The position numbers and the translations under genes are program-made. Shown piece after piece: positions 55,055-64,000 of a stretch of DNA of 64,000 nucleotides. Origin of the DNA: Patescibacteria group bacterium (lineage in GTDB: Bacteria; Patescibacteriota; Minisyncoccia; Phycocordibacterales; Phycocordibacteraceae). The notes beneath the pieces are model-generated. The model had not been told where the DNA came from, ran no database searches, and worked only from the letters and a program-made list of their open reading frames with translations. Where the stretch lies: assembly GCA_004322365.1 (NCBI GenBank), contig SCTS01000005.1:67697-131696 (forward strand), read 5' to 3'. Position 1 is the stretch's first letter; each line of letters begins with the position of its first letter.

Positions 55055-58000
55055 TTAGGAGCGATCAGTCCTATTTCTATTAAATTTTCGTGCCGGTGCG
55101 GAATCAGGATCTGAGCCATCATTGCGTCCTAAAATCACATCGAGACAGAGTCCACGAAGATGGTTGACGAGCACATTGAATGCAGCTGGTGTATGAGTGT
55201 GCTCAATTGGACGACGCTTCACAATGGCATCGAATGCTGCTGAGCGTCCTTGAATATCGTCAGACTTAATAGTGAGCATTTCTCTCAAGGTATACGCAGC
55301 GCCGTATCCGAGGAGTGCCCACACTTCCATTTCTCCGAATCTCTGACCTCCGTTCTGAGCTTTACCGCCGAGTGGCTGTTGCGTAATCAAAGAGTACGGA
55401 CCGATTGAACGCATGTGGATTTTATCTTCCACCATGTGATGAAGTTTCAAGATATACATGTACCCAACTGCAATGTCCTGTGCAAATTGTTCACCTGTGC
55501 GACCGTCAAAGAGTTTCATGGTTCCTGATTCTGCAAAACCTGCAGTCTTCAACTCTCCGCGTATTTCTTTTTCAGTAACACCAGAGAATGAAGGAACGAT
55601 TGCTTGATACTGCAAGGCATTCGCAGCAAGACCTAAGTGCATTTCAAGAACCTGACCCAAGTTCATACGAGAAGGAATACCGAGTGGGGTCAAGATGACA
55701 TCAATTGGCTCTCCGTCAGCGCCGTATGGCATGTCTTCAACTGGCAACACTCTTGAGATAACACCCTTGTTACCGTGGCGACCAGCGAGCTTGTCACCCA
55801 CAGAAACATTTCGAAGCTGTGCGATAGTAATGTAAATTTTCTTGATAGTTCCTGACTCCAAGCTGTTTCCGCGCTCGCGCGAGAACACTTGCACGCCGAT
55901 AACGCGACCACGCTTTCCTCCTTCCATGCGGAGTGATGTGTCTTTAACATCTTTAGCTTTGTCGCCGAAGATCGAGCGGAGCAAACGCTCTTCAGGAGTG
56001 AGTTGTGTTTCACCCTTTGGTGTTACTTTTCCAACAAGAATGTCTCCCGGTCTTACTTCTGCACCAACACGAACAATTCCTTCTTCGTCGAGGTTGCGGA
56101 GTTTTACTTCAGAGACATTAGGAATGTCTGGGGTTGTAATTTCAGGTCCAAGCTTAGTGTCGCGAACTGCTACATCGAATTCCTCGATGTGAATTGTTGA
56201 GAATTTGTTGTTCTGAACCAAACGCTCAGAAATGATGATGGCGTCTTCGTAGTTGTTACCGCTCCAACTCATGAATGCAACTTTGACGTTCTGTCCAAGC
56301 GCAAGCTGTCCGTTGTCTGAAGACGATGTGTCTGCCAAGAGGTCACCACGCTTCACTTTCTGATTCAAAGATACTGATGGGCGGTGATTGAAGCATGAGA
56401 ACTCGTTGGTCATAGAAAATGGCTCCAACTTGTACTCAAGCGACTTCCCTTTTTCATCTTTCACAACAATGCGCTGAGAATCAACAGTAGTAACGGTACC
56501 TGCTTCCTTTGAGTAGATGAGTCGGCCGGTGTCGCGTGCTGCCATTTCTTCAATACCAGTTGCAACGATAGGTGCTTCAGGCTGAACACATGGTGTTGCC
56601 TGCTTTTGCATGTTCGAACCCATGAGCGCTCTGTTTGCGTCATCGTTCTCAACGAATGGAATCATGGATGTAGCGATCGAGAACATCTGGTTCGTTGCGA
56701 TGTCCATGAATTTAATTTCATCTTTTGCAACCAATACTGGTTCACCATGGCGACGAGCTTCTACATAGTCATCAGTGAGTGTGTTGCCGTCGAGCGCAAC
56801 AGCTGCGTGTGCAATTGGATACTGCGCTTCCTCAAATGCGTTCATGTACACAATTTCATCAGTCACCTTGCCCTTCACTACTTTTGCGTACGGAGTTTCG
56901 ATGATACCGAAATCATTAATGCGAGCGTAGGTAGCAAGGCGCAAAATAAGACCGATGTTCTGACCTTCAGGAGTTTGAATTGGACAAAGGCGTCCGTAGT
57001 GTGAGGTGTGAACATCGCGAACTTCAAAGCCTGCGCGTTCACGAGTAAGACCTCCGGGACCGAGTGCTGAAACGGTACGAAGGTTTTCAAGCTCATCCAA
57101 AATGTTTTGCTGAGCTGCGAGCTGTGAAAGCTGGTTTGCAGTAAAGAATTCTTTAATTGCAGCTGCGAGAGGTCGTGGATTTACCAGCTGAGTTGGAAGT
57201 GTTGTTTCAACATCGATTGTCGACATTCTGTCCTGAATGTTTCGCTTCATGCGTGACAAACCAACGCGAACGCGTGCTTCCAAAAGTTCACCAATCTGAC
57301 GAACACGGCGGAAACCGAGGTGGTCGATGTCATCTCCTTCAGCTCCTGGAGTGTTATTGAGTTCAATGATGTGGGAGACAATCAAAACGATGTCGTCCAT
57401 AGAAAGAGTGCGGATATCAAGCTCCTTCTTATCCATCGAAAGGTTGAAGCGTTGATTAAAGCGGTGTCGTCCAGGGTATGAAAGGTCGTATCGTTCTGGA
57501 GAAAAGATGCTTTTCACATATTCACGGGCAGTATCAGGAGTTGCGAGGTCGCCATCGCGGAGTCTTCGGTAGATCTCTATATATGCCTGCTCAATAGCCT
57601 TTGCTGAGTCTTTCTCAAGAGTTGCCTGAATTGCAGCCTTGCCTCCAGGGACACGCTCAAAAAGCGTGACGAGGTCACGGTCAAACGATGCACCAAGAAC
57701 GCGAAGCAATGTGGTGACAGGAAACTTTCGCTTGCGGTCAATCTTCACGAAAATAGCACCGTCAGCTTCTGAATCGATTTCAATCCATGCACCTCGTGCT
57801 GGAATAATTTTTGCACCGAAGCAAACCTTTCCGCGCATTTCACCTGCTGAAAAGAACACGCCGAAAGAACGCGCAAGCTGGGGAATGATGACACGCTCAA
57901 CACCATTGATGATAAAGGTGCCGTGTTCGGTCATTATAGGAAAATCAGCAAGGAAAATTGGTTGCTCTTTTTTAGAGCCGAGCATTTTATTAGTGAGACG

Positions 58001-58273
58001 AACCGTAGCCTTGAGTGGCGCGTCGTAGGTCATCTTCTGCTCCTTTGCTCCGTACTCGTCAATTTTTGGTTCACCCAATTCAAAAGAAACGAGTTCGAGT
58101 TCGAACTTCTTTTTTGAATAGTCGACGATTGGGGAAAATTCTTTGAAAAGTTCTTTCAATCCCTCAGAAATGAATTCACGGAAACTCGCCACCTGTGGTG
58201 CAACGAGGTCTGGCATAGGAACACGAGGCGCGCGGTACTTAGAGAATTTTTTCTGAGGTAGTGATTTTGCCAT
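55055..58273 (-). CDS. rpoB: DNA-directed RNA polymerase subunit beta
   Basis: 1072 aa with the conserved rif-cluster region and C-terminal GGQRFGEMEVWAL. Confidence 0.95.
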   Translation of the reverse strand: MAKSLPQKKFSKYRAPRVPMPDLVAPQVASFREFISEGLKELFKEFSPIVDYSKKKFELELVSFELGEPKIDEYGAKEQKMTYDAPLKATVRLTNKMLGSKKEQPIFLADFPIMTEHGTFIINGVERVIIPQLARSFGVFFSAGEMRGKVCFGAKIIPARGAWIEIDSEADGAIFVKIDRKRKFPVTTLLRVLGASFDRDLVTLFERVPGGKAAIQATLEKDSAKAIEQAYIEIYRRLRDGDLATPDTAREYVKSIFSPERYDLSYPGRHRFNQRFNLSMDKKELDIRTLSMDDIVLIVSHIIELNNTPGAEGDDIDHLGFRRVRQIGELLEARVRVGLSRMKRNIQDRMSTIDVETTLPTQLVNPRPLAAAIKEFFTANQLSQLAAQQNILDELENLRTVSALGPGGLTRERAGFEVRDVHTSHYGRLCPIQTPEGQNIGLILRLATYARINDFGIIETPYAKVVKGKVTDEIVYMNAFEEAQYPIAHAAVALDGNTLTDDYVEARRHGEPVLVAKDEIKFMDIATNQMFSIATSMIPFVENDDANRALMGSNMQKQATPCVQPEAPIVATGIEEMAARDTGRLIYSKEAGTVTTVDSQRIVVKDEKGKSLEYKLEPFSMTNEFSCFNHRPSVSLNQKVKRGDLLADTSSSDNGQLALGQNVKVAFMSWSGNNYEDAIIISERLVQNNKFSTIHIEEFDVAVRDTKLGPEITTPDIPNVSEVKLRNLDEEGIVRVGAEVRPGDILVGKVTPKGETQLTPEERLLRSIFGDKAKDVKDTSLRMEGGKRGRVIGVQVFSRERGNSLESGTIKKIYITIAQLRNVSVGDKLAGRHGNKGVISRVLPVEDMPYGADGEPIDVILTPLGIPSRMNLGQVLEMHLGLAANALQYQAIVPSFSGVTEKEIRGELKTAGFAESGTMKLFDGRTGEQFAQDIAVGYMYILKLHHMVEDKIHMRSIGPYSLITQQPLGGKAQNGGQRFGEMEVWALLGYGAAYTLREMLTIKSDDIQGRSAAFDAIVKRRPIEHTHTPAAFNVLVNHLRGLCLDVILGRNDGSDPDSAPARKFNRNRTDRS

Positions 58274-58430
58274 ATATTATAGTAGCCGAAATAAATAATA
58301 AGAGCGCAGACGACACGCAAAAAGCGCGCCCTGCGTTTTTCTTCTATGGGGTACTAAAAATCAAAACCCACTAACCCAATACACAATCAAAAGTGGTTAC
58401 AAAAGAGTATAGCTGAAGGCTCTGGAGCGG

Positions 58431-59282
58431 TCAAGCCAGAGCCTCTGGAGAAATGGCTTTTGGCTCCACGACCTCAAATGTCAGAGGGTCGTAATAGATA
58501 CGGTCGTAGATTTCAAAGGGTTTGCCAACGAGACCACCCTTCCCTTCTGGCGTTCCATCGAGCTTCCATTTGTCATAGTACGCAAGATAGTTGCCTCCAC
58601 CATCTTTCCCGAGCGTCAGTTTGTATCCACCCATAATGCCGTTTTGCCTATCCTCGTTATACATTCCGCCAACATTCTGAGCACGCATCTCATCATCATA
58701 TGAAGCTCGTTCAACAGCCCGCTGTATGGTTACACCCTCAGGTTTCTTAAACCACCTCCGATCTTCTTCAGTGATTCCACTTTTGAAACCTTTGATTTGG
58801 TAATAGTAAATATCGTCCGTACTTTTTTCTGGTTTAAAATCAGAAATACCAAAAGTATCGTGAAGCTGCGGGAGACCAAGATACATACGCCATGCGTCCA
58901 TATTTTTTAGATTCGCTGTGGCGGTAATTCCTGCATCCTTCCCAAGGAAATGCGTTGCTGCATCCTTCAGACGAGAAGCCAATTCTCCAAGCGACTCTGG
59001 GTAATTCAAATCAGGATTAATTCCTTGAGCCAACGCTTCGCTAATTTCAGGCTTATACGCAGTGCGTTGAAAGTCTGTGATGCCATTCATATGTAGCTGT
59101 TCCGCCGCATTAAAACGCTCAGCAAATGTACCGAGTGGTTGCTTCACTGATTCTCTAGAAGAGCCAGCGAGACCAGAAACCAAAACTGCGGCACCGAGTT
59201 TAAGTGTTCTCCTCTTTTTTGGATCCCTAGGTTCCTCATCCGATGATGACTTCTCTCGTGGAGCACCGCCGAACAATTTCAT
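58431..59282 (-). CDS. secreted hypothetical protein (Tat/Sec-like N-terminus)
   Basis: KKRRTLKLGAAVLVSGLAGS N-terminal signal; no domain recognised. A hairpin GGCTCTGGagcggtcaaGCCAGAGCC overlaps its stop. Confidence 0.4.
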   Translation of the reverse strand: MKLFGGAPREKSSSDEEPRDPKKRRTLKLGAAVLVSGLAGSSRESVKQPLGTFAERFNAAEQLHMNGITDFQRTAYKPEISEALAQGINPDLNYPESLGELASRLKDAATHFLGKDAGITATANLKNMDAWRMYLGLPQLHDTFGISDFKPEKSTDDIYYYQIKGFKSGITEEDRRWFKKPEGVTIQRAVERASYDDEMRAQNVGGMYNEDRQNGIMGGYKLTLGKDGGGNYLAYYDKWKLDGTPEGKGGLVGKPFEIYDRIYYDPLTFEVVEPKAISPEALA

Positions 59283-59309
59283 AGCATCATTTTATCACCT
59301 ACCTCAATC

Positions 59310-59336
59310 AATGTGGGACATCGTATGTCCCACATT
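59310..59336. repeat. 27-bp perfect palindrome AATGTGGGACATcgtATGTCCCACATT (intergenic copy)
   Basis: 12-bp arms are exact reverse complements. Same core as 59742-59766. Confidence 0.9.
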
Positions 59337-59428
59337 TACATGGTGTTCCTAGTCGTCCCTCCTAAAACCTGCCTCGTGGACGAGACATCGGAAATTCCGG
59401 CTTCGCGGGATCGAAAAAAAACAGAAAA

Positions 59429-60112
59429 CTATTTCTGTTTTTTCCATTCTTCAATTTTTTTATGATCTCCAGATAACAAAACTTTTGGGACACGGAGCTT
59501 CTTACCTTTCCACACCAGCACCTCTGGACGCGTGTACACCTCAGAACTTGAGATACGCTCCTCTTCTATTGATTCAAAGGTACCTAAGACTCCTGGGATT
59601 TGCCGTGCCACGGCATCAATAACCACCATTGCTGGCAACTCCCCTCCTGTAAGCGTATAAGAACCAATGGAAATCTTCTTGGCTTTCAATATTTTCTGAA
59701 CCCGAGCATCAATACCTTCATAGTGCCCGCATATCAACACTATGTGGGACATCGTATGTCCCACATGTGAGTGCTTCGCAAGAGTGCGTGCATCAGCGTT
59801 CGTGAATTGTTTTCCTGATGCATCAAAAAAATACACAATGCCTTTTTTCATTCCTAAAGCTTTCGTGACTGCTTTTAAAAATGGCTCCGCCTGAAGCACC
59901 ATACCAGGGCCTCCGCCGTACGGACGACCATCTACTTTTATGTACGGCTTTTCGGTTTTTTTAGTAACTTTTACAAAATCGCGAGGATTATAAAACTTAA
60001 CCGACACATGCTTTTCACGAATTGCTCGTCCAACAATTGACGAAGCGAGGTACGACTCAAACGCCTCCGGGAAAAGCGTAACTACATGAAAAGTTAGTGC
60101 GGTTTTTTTCAT
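59429..60112 (-). CDS. trmD: tRNA (guanine37-N1)-methyltransferase
   Basis: VLICGHYEGIDARV and SIGSYTLTGGELPAMVVIDAVARQIPGVLG are TrmD SPOUT-knot motifs. Confidence 0.9.
   Translation of the reverse strand: MKKTALTFHVVTLFPEAFESYLASSIVGRAIREKHVSVKFYNPRDFVKVTKKTEKPYIKVDGRPYGGGPGMVLQAEPFLKAVTKALGMKKGIVYFFDASGKQFTNADARTLAKHSHVGHTMSHIVLICGHYEGIDARVQKILKAKKISIGSYTLTGGELPAMVVIDAVARQIPGVLGTFESIEEERISSSEVYTRPEVLVWKGKKLRVPKVLLSGDHKKIEEWKKQK
59742..59766. repeat. 25-bp palindrome ATGTGGGACATcgtATGTCCCACAT embedded in-frame inside trmD
   Basis: 11-bp arms perfect. It translates as ...HVGHTMSHI..., an insertion relative to the usual TrmD region just upstream of the LICGHYEG motif. Confidence 0.85.
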
Positions 60113-60120
60113 CTCAAAAA

Positions 60121-60315
60121 CTAAACATCTATATCAAGCCTTCCACCCCAATTTGGACCTGGGTCAGATCGTTTTCTTTTGGGCTTTGAAGTATCCGTAG
60201 GTTTTTCTACTTTTGGAGTAGGGTATTTTGGTGCGTGGCCACGAGGCTTACGACCTGGAAACCAAGTGCCTTCTGCTGGTCCTATTTTCCATACCATTTT
60301 TAAATTATACAACAA
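60121..60315 (-). CDS. possible small basic Pro/Lys-rich protein
   Basis: 64-aa ORF between the KH-protein terminator and trmD; low complexity and no homology support. Confidence 0.15.
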   Translation of the reverse strand: MLYNLKMVWKIGPAEGTWFPGRKPRGHAPKYPTPKVEKPTDTSKPKRKRSDPGPNWGGRLDIDV

Positions 60316-60345
60316 AACAAAAGAAACACAAAACCTTCAAATAAA

Positions 60346-60380
60346 AAACGCCCCGATTAATCGGGGCGTTTTTGTGTTCG
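60346..60380. terminator. bidirectional rho-independent terminator
   Basis: aaaaACGCCCCGATtaaTCGGGGCGTttttt: a 10-bp perfect stem. Confidence 0.8.
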
Positions 60381-60394
60381 ATGCGAGATAGATA

Positions 60395-60811
60395 TTAGAG
60401 GCGGAGATCTTCAAGTGCTTCATCGACAGAGCGAGATGCTGCACCTTGCTCTCCCCTGTCTACTGGAGCGGAGAAAGAAGGAGCACTCATTGGAGAGCTT
60501 GAGCCAGAACTTCCCATGGATGAGCTTCCCATAAAGCCAGTGCCCATAGGGCGACTACCACCTGCTGGTTCATTAATTTTCAAATTGACTCGCGCATTGT
60601 TTTTCATGCCAACGACACGAAGAAGAATACGAATTGCCTTTGCGGTGTTGCCTGAGCGACCGATCACCTTACCCATGTCTGCTGGATTTACATCCATCGT
60701 AAGTAAAACACCCATCTCGTCTACCTGACGGTTAACCTTCACATCGCTTGGATTATCGACAAGCATCTTAACTACATATTCCAGAAATTCCTGATCCTGA
60801 TTGTTATCCAT
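60395..60811 (-). CDS. KH-domain RNA-binding protein (KhpA/YlqC-like) with Gly/Ser-rich C-terminal extension
   Basis: LEYVVKMLVDNPSDVKV...MGKVIGRSGNTAKAIRILL is the UPF0109 KH core. Confidence 0.7.
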   Translation of the reverse strand: MDNNQDQEFLEYVVKMLVDNPSDVKVNRQVDEMGVLLTMDVNPADMGKVIGRSGNTAKAIRILLRVVGMKNNARVNLKINEPAGGSRPMGTGFMGSSSMGSSGSSSPMSAPSFSAPVDRGEQGAASRSVDEALEDLRL

Positions 60812-60988
60812 AGCGGGATATTTATCTTTGTAAATCAGCCTAAATCAGCTGTTAAAAACAGTATCATCCATAAGCACTAAATGGTCAACTCATTCGGTCG
60901 TATAGCTCTATACGCCCTTGAATATGCGCTTAATCGAGGCGAAAACTCAACCCTGGCTCTTGCATCCTAAACTCGATACACTAGCACT

Positions 60989-62389
60989 ATGTCTTCCCCA
61001 ACCACCTTTATTGTTTTTGGTGCTACTGGGGATCTTGCTGCGAAGAAAGTAATTCCTGCTCTTTTTTATCTATTTGAAAAGGGCAAACTCCCTGCGGGCT
61101 TTAACATTGTTGGCGTATCACGAAAAGCAATGGAGCAGAGTGAATTCCGGGAACGCATGGGTAGCATAATCCGGAAATATTCACGCGGAAATGTAGATCA
61201 ACGTGCACTTGATCGTTTTGTTGACCTCTTCACATTTAGTGCGGTGCAATTTGATGAAGAATCAGGATATCAAGAACTTGCAAGTGCACTCGACACAAAA
61301 GATCGCTCACAAGGAAAAACAAATCGCCTTCTGTATCTTGCTCTCCCTCCAAAAACATTACCGTCAATTTTCACACACTCCGGTTTTCAAAATATTGTGA
61401 GACAGGGAGTTGTCGGCGGACTCCTCTCAAGAGTCATCGTTGAAAAACCTTTTGGTGTGGATGCCGAGTCCGCTGAAGTGCTCGAAAAAAGTCTCACCAC
61501 TTGTTTTACCGAGGAGCAAATATACCGGGTTGACCATTATCTTGCGAAAGACATTCTGCAGAGTGTTACCGATTTCCGTTTCGACAACAACTTGCTCGAG
61601 CATGAATGGAATAGTGATTCAATAGAATCAATACGCGTTCGCCTATGGGAAACCTTGGGCGTAGAAAGTCGCGGAGAATTTTATGACCACACAGGAGCAT
61701 TTCGAGATGTCGGACAAAGCCACATGCTTGAGATGCTCGCTCTGATAACTATGGAAAAGCCTGACAGTTACGGCGCCAAAGACTTGCGCCTCAAGCGCCT
61801 AGAAATACTTCGCGCATTAAAGACACCCGCTTCTGATACAGCAACCCGATCGACATTCCGAGCCCAACATACTGGCTACCGTTCAATTGCAGGTATAGAC
61901 CCTGAATCAACTACCGAGACATATTTTAGTCTCCGTACCGAAATCGACACCCCTCGTTGGAAAGGCGTGCCAATGTACTTGGAAGCAGGAAAACGAATGC
62001 ATGAGGCAAGAAAAGAGATTGTTATTTCATTCAAAGCTCCTTATAAAAATAAGGTCGTCTTTAGATTAGAGCCCGAAGAAGAAATCGTGATTGATTTTAT
62101 TACGAAGAAACCTGGTGTTCTTGAAAGTGGAATCGAAAAACGAGCGTTCACATTCAAGCTGTATGAAACCCCTTCGCGAACACAATACATTGCTGAATAC
62201 GCAAAGATGATACTCGATGCAATCGATGGCGACCAAAAACTTTTCGTGAGTGCAGACGAGGTACGAGCAACATGGAAATTTACCGATGCTGTGCGCGCGC
62301 TCTGGAAAAACAACCTTGTTCCCCTTGCCTCGTACGCACCAGATACTGATGAAGCAGTTGTTCAAGCGAATGCTATTATTTTGAAATGA
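60989..62389 (+). CDS. zwf: glucose-6-phosphate 1-dehydrogenase
   Basis: FGATGDLAAKK (NADP site), VEKPFG, RVDHYLAKD (active site). Confidence 0.9.
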   Translation: MSSPTTFIVFGATGDLAAKKVIPALFYLFEKGKLPAGFNIVGVSRKAMEQSEFRERMGSIIRKYSRGNVDQRALDRFVDLFTFSAVQFDEESGYQELASALDTKDRSQGKTNRLLYLALPPKTLPSIFTHSGFQNIVRQGVVGGLLSRVIVEKPFGVDAESAEVLEKSLTTCFTEEQIYRVDHYLAKDILQSVTDFRFDNNLLEHEWNSDSIESIRVRLWETLGVESRGEFYDHTGAFRDVGQSHMLEMLALITMEKPDSYGAKDLRLKRLEILRALKTPASDTATRSTFRAQHTGYRSIAGIDPESTTETYFSLRTEIDTPRWKGVPMYLEAGKRMHEARKEIVISFKAPYKNKVVFRLEPEEEIVIDFITKKPGVLESGIEKRAFTFKLYETPSRTQYIAEYAKMILDAIDGDQKLFVSADEVRATWKFTDAVRALWKNNLVPLASYAPDTDEAVVQANAIILK

Positions 62390-63300
62390 AAAAAGAAATC
62401 GCAATAGTTGGTTTGGGAAAGATGGGTGGTGCGATGGCTCGCCGAATGATGGAAAAAGGATGGAAGGTAGTTGGTCTTGATTACAATCCAGAGACCGCAG
62501 AAAAACTTCGAAACGAAGGGGTTGTGCCCGTAAAAACTTATACGGAAATGGCAACTTCCCTAACTCCTCAAAGAATTGCGTGGCTTTTGGTACCAGCAGG
62601 TAAAGCGGTTGATGAGGCACTCTTTGGCCAAGGTGGAATTGCAGAATCATTTTCGGCAGGCGACATTGTTATTGACGGAGGAAACTCATTTTATAAAGAT
62701 GCTGCAGCTCGTGCAGAACGCCTCAAAGAAAAAGGTATTCACTTTATTGATGTTGGTACATCAGGCGGACCCGCAGGAGCCAGAAACGGAGCCTGTCTTA
62801 TGATTGGAGGATCTAAAGAAGGGTTTGAAAATATTGAAGGGCTCTTTAAAGATTTCGCAAAAGAAGGCGGGTACCAGTTTTTTGAAGGAGCTGGTGCTGG
62901 GCATTTTGTGAAGATGGTTCACAACGGTATTGAATACGGAATGATGCAAGCGTTAGGTGAAGGGTTTGAAGTTATGGAGAAGTCAGAATTTAATCTTGAC
63001 CTTCCTCGTGTTGCAAAGATTTATAACAACGGGTCAGTCATTGAATCTCGCCTCGTAGGATGGCTTGAGAGTGCATTCAAAGACCACGGCCCAACACTTG
63101 AAGGCGTTTCAAGCACCGTCTCACACACAGGCGAAGGCGAATGGACAATAAAGACTGCAAACGAAATGGGTATAGATGTACCCGTCATCCGTGAATCCTT
63201 TGATTACCGAGTTCAATCAGCAAACAATCCTCGCTACACAGGGAAAGTGGTATCAGCTTTGCGTGAGCAATTTGGAGGTCACGATGTAAGGGCGCTCTAA
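62386..63300 (+). CDS. gnd: 6-phosphogluconate dehydrogenase (decarboxylating), short form
   Basis: IAIVGLGKMGGAMARR (Rossmann), GAGHFVKMVHNGIEYGMMQALGEGF. Overlaps the zwf stop by 4 nt (ATGA). Confidence 0.85.
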   Translation: MKKEIAIVGLGKMGGAMARRMMEKGWKVVGLDYNPETAEKLRNEGVVPVKTYTEMATSLTPQRIAWLLVPAGKAVDEALFGQGGIAESFSAGDIVIDGGNSFYKDAAARAERLKEKGIHFIDVGTSGGPAGARNGACLMIGGSKEGFENIEGLFKDFAKEGGYQFFEGAGAGHFVKMVHNGIEYGMMQALGEGFEVMEKSEFNLDLPRVAKIYNNGSVIESRLVGWLESAFKDHGPTLEGVSSTVSHTGEGEWTIKTANEMGIDVPVIRESFDYRVQSANNPRYTGKVVSALREQFGGHDVRAL

Positions 63301-63371
63301 GATTCGCTCCCTTTCTGACATCCTCGACTCGGCACTACTAAAGAAACTTTCATAGTGCCCTCGTTCTACGT

Positions 63372-63402
63372 CGTCAGTTAAAGAAAAATCCGCCTTAGGC
63401 GG
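63372..63402. terminator. bidirectional rho-independent terminator
   Basis: aaaaATCCGCCttagGCGGATttttt. Confidence 0.75.
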
Positions 63403-63407
63403 ATTTT

Positions 63408-63575
63408 TTATTGACCGCTCGTTCGGCGAGCAATCTCCTTTTCAAGATCGTCAATCACATCTTGCCATCCTAGTGTAGGAGGCGGAACTGATTGCGTTCT
63501 GAGTTTCTTACGTGCATCTGCAAGCTGTTGACGAAGATCGGCAAGAGTTGGTTCTGGATGAACTTCAAAGGCCAT
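63408..63575 (-). CDS. possible small protein (55 aa, below the ORF-track cutoff)
   Basis: Manual translation MAFEVHPEPTLADLRQQLADARKKLRTQSVPPPTLGWQDVIDDLEKEIARRTSGQ*. Confidence 0.2.
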   Translation of the reverse strand: MAFEVHPEPTLADLRQQLADARKKLRTQSVPPPTLGWQDVIDDLEKEIARRTSGQ

Positions 63576-63669
63576 AAAAAAGATTTTAATTAAGAATTGA
63601 CGAAACTTTTACTCTTACTCTAATATTTTATTAAAAACGCAGAAAAATAAACCACCTCGGATTAGTTTT

Positions 63670-63876
63670 TTAATACAACTCATGTCTACCCTGACGGGAT
63701 AGTTCCTCTTCGAGAACTGTTTTATGCCTTATACCAATGTCTGACCAAGCGTTCGCTCTATTCGTATTTCCATTTCTGCGCGCTTTTCTCATCATGCTTA
63801 TTGCATAAGCTAGACGAGCCCTAAGAGAGTCTAGGTGGCGTTCGCTTCCATGGTAACTGTTTCTTTCCGCTACCAT
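63670..63876 (-). CDS. possible small basic protein
   Basis: 68-aa Arg-rich ORF immediately downstream of the partial gene at the window edge; unassigned. Confidence 0.25.
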   Translation of the reverse strand: MVAERNSYHGSERHLDSLRARLAYAISMMRKARRNGNTNRANAWSDIGIRHKTVLEEELSRQGRHELY

Positions 63877-63893
63877 AATAACAAATCTTGAAA

Positions 63894-64000
63894 TTAAGCA
63901 GCAGGAGTTTCTTCAACTGCGGTTTCAGCAGGAACTTCAGCAGGTGCCTCAGGAGCAACGACTTCGGCCTTTACTTCAACAACTGATTCTTCTTTTTTGA
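63894..64000 (-). CDS. 3' end of an unidentified gene with Glu/Ala/Pro/Val-rich C-terminal tail (5' part outside the window)
   Basis: Minus-strand reading frame ...KKEESVVEVKAEVVAPEAPAEVPAETAVEETPAA* ending at a TAA at 63894-63896. Confidence 0.4.
   Translation of the reverse strand, partial: KKEESVVEVKAEVVAPEAPAEVPAETAVEETPAA

Noticed and set aside
51460-58117. Numerous 60-130-aa ORFs on both strands inside rpoB and rpoC
   Set aside because: They are embedded in or antisense to long, well-conserved RNA polymerase genes. They are shadow ORFs.
58290-58330. Stem-loop ACGCAaaaagcgcgcccTGCGTttttt upstream of rpoB
   Set aside because: It has a 5-bp stem with a 12-nt loop. That is too weak to call a terminator or attenuator with confidence.
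60179-60391. 70-aa plus-strand ORF opposite the small 60121-60315 ORF
   Set aside because: It runs through a strong bidirectional terminator and has no coding-like features.
1-64000. CRISPR array / cas genes
   Set aside because: No regularly spaced direct repeats with unique spacers anywhere. The CTAGGTGCTAG repeats are palindromic, irregularly spaced and have no spacer-like unique inserts. No Cas-like ORFs were found beyond a lone PD-(D/E)XK nuclease.

Overview
This window looks like a low-GC (roughly 40-45% by eye) bacterial chromosome segment with small, tightly packed genes and few Shine-Dalgarno sequences. Many genes start right after a -10-like TATA(C/A)T, so leaderless translation is likely. 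My inference is that it resembles a Candidate Phyla Radiation / Patescibacteria (Parcubacteria-like) genome, judged only from gene content and style: a class I fructose-bisphosphate aldolase, GlpX, zwf/gnd, a minimal purine fragment, giant secreted beta-helix proteins with peptidoglycan-binding tails, and a lysine-rich sigma-70 N-terminus. No database search was possible.

Housekeeping genes I recognise: ribH (3' fragment), mscL, pyk, a Kef-type cation/H+ antiporter with an RCK domain, fba (class I), glpX, an MFS transporter, lexA, a GT4 glycosyltransferase, purF, an RlmI-like rRNA methyltransferase, an ABC/ABC-2 exporter pair, GtrA, DedA, an RRM RNA-binding protein, an S41 peptidase, prmC, hisS, a DEDD exonuclease, a CAP-domain protein, uppP, a DsbA-like protein, rpoD, dnaG, rpoC, rpoB, trmD, a KhpA-like KH protein, zwf and gnd. 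There is also a two-component cluster (PAS protein, PAS histidine kinase, two stand-alone receiver domains).

The things I would look at again:
- A tRNA gene (minus strand, 19922-20214) interrupted by a ~220-nt intron with group I-like P7 elements, lying head-to-head with a free-standing HNH endonuclease gene.
- A family of at least six intergenic palindromic repeats built on CTAGGTGCTAG / CTAGCACCTAG units, clustered between genes at 38-51 kb. A related fragment is embedded in-frame in the rRNA methyltransferase gene.
- A 25-bp perfect palindrome present once intergenic and once in-frame inside the essential trmD gene.
- A ~48-bp perfect hairpin (CTGTATAGT ... ACTATACAG arms with compensatory changes) in two promoter regions, reminiscent of LexA half-sites.
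- A GC-richer island (34.2-35.8 kb) encoding a pilin-like (TrbC/VirB2-topology) N-terminus fused to an M15 zinc D,D-peptidase domain, plus secreted proteins.
- A 1446-aa beta-helix surface protein with an internal ~500-aa tandem duplication.
- An 11-nt poly-C tract in the mscL promoter.
- A structured, repeat-rich leader upstream of the cation/H+ antiporter.

I saw no CRISPR array, rRNA or obvious transposase.
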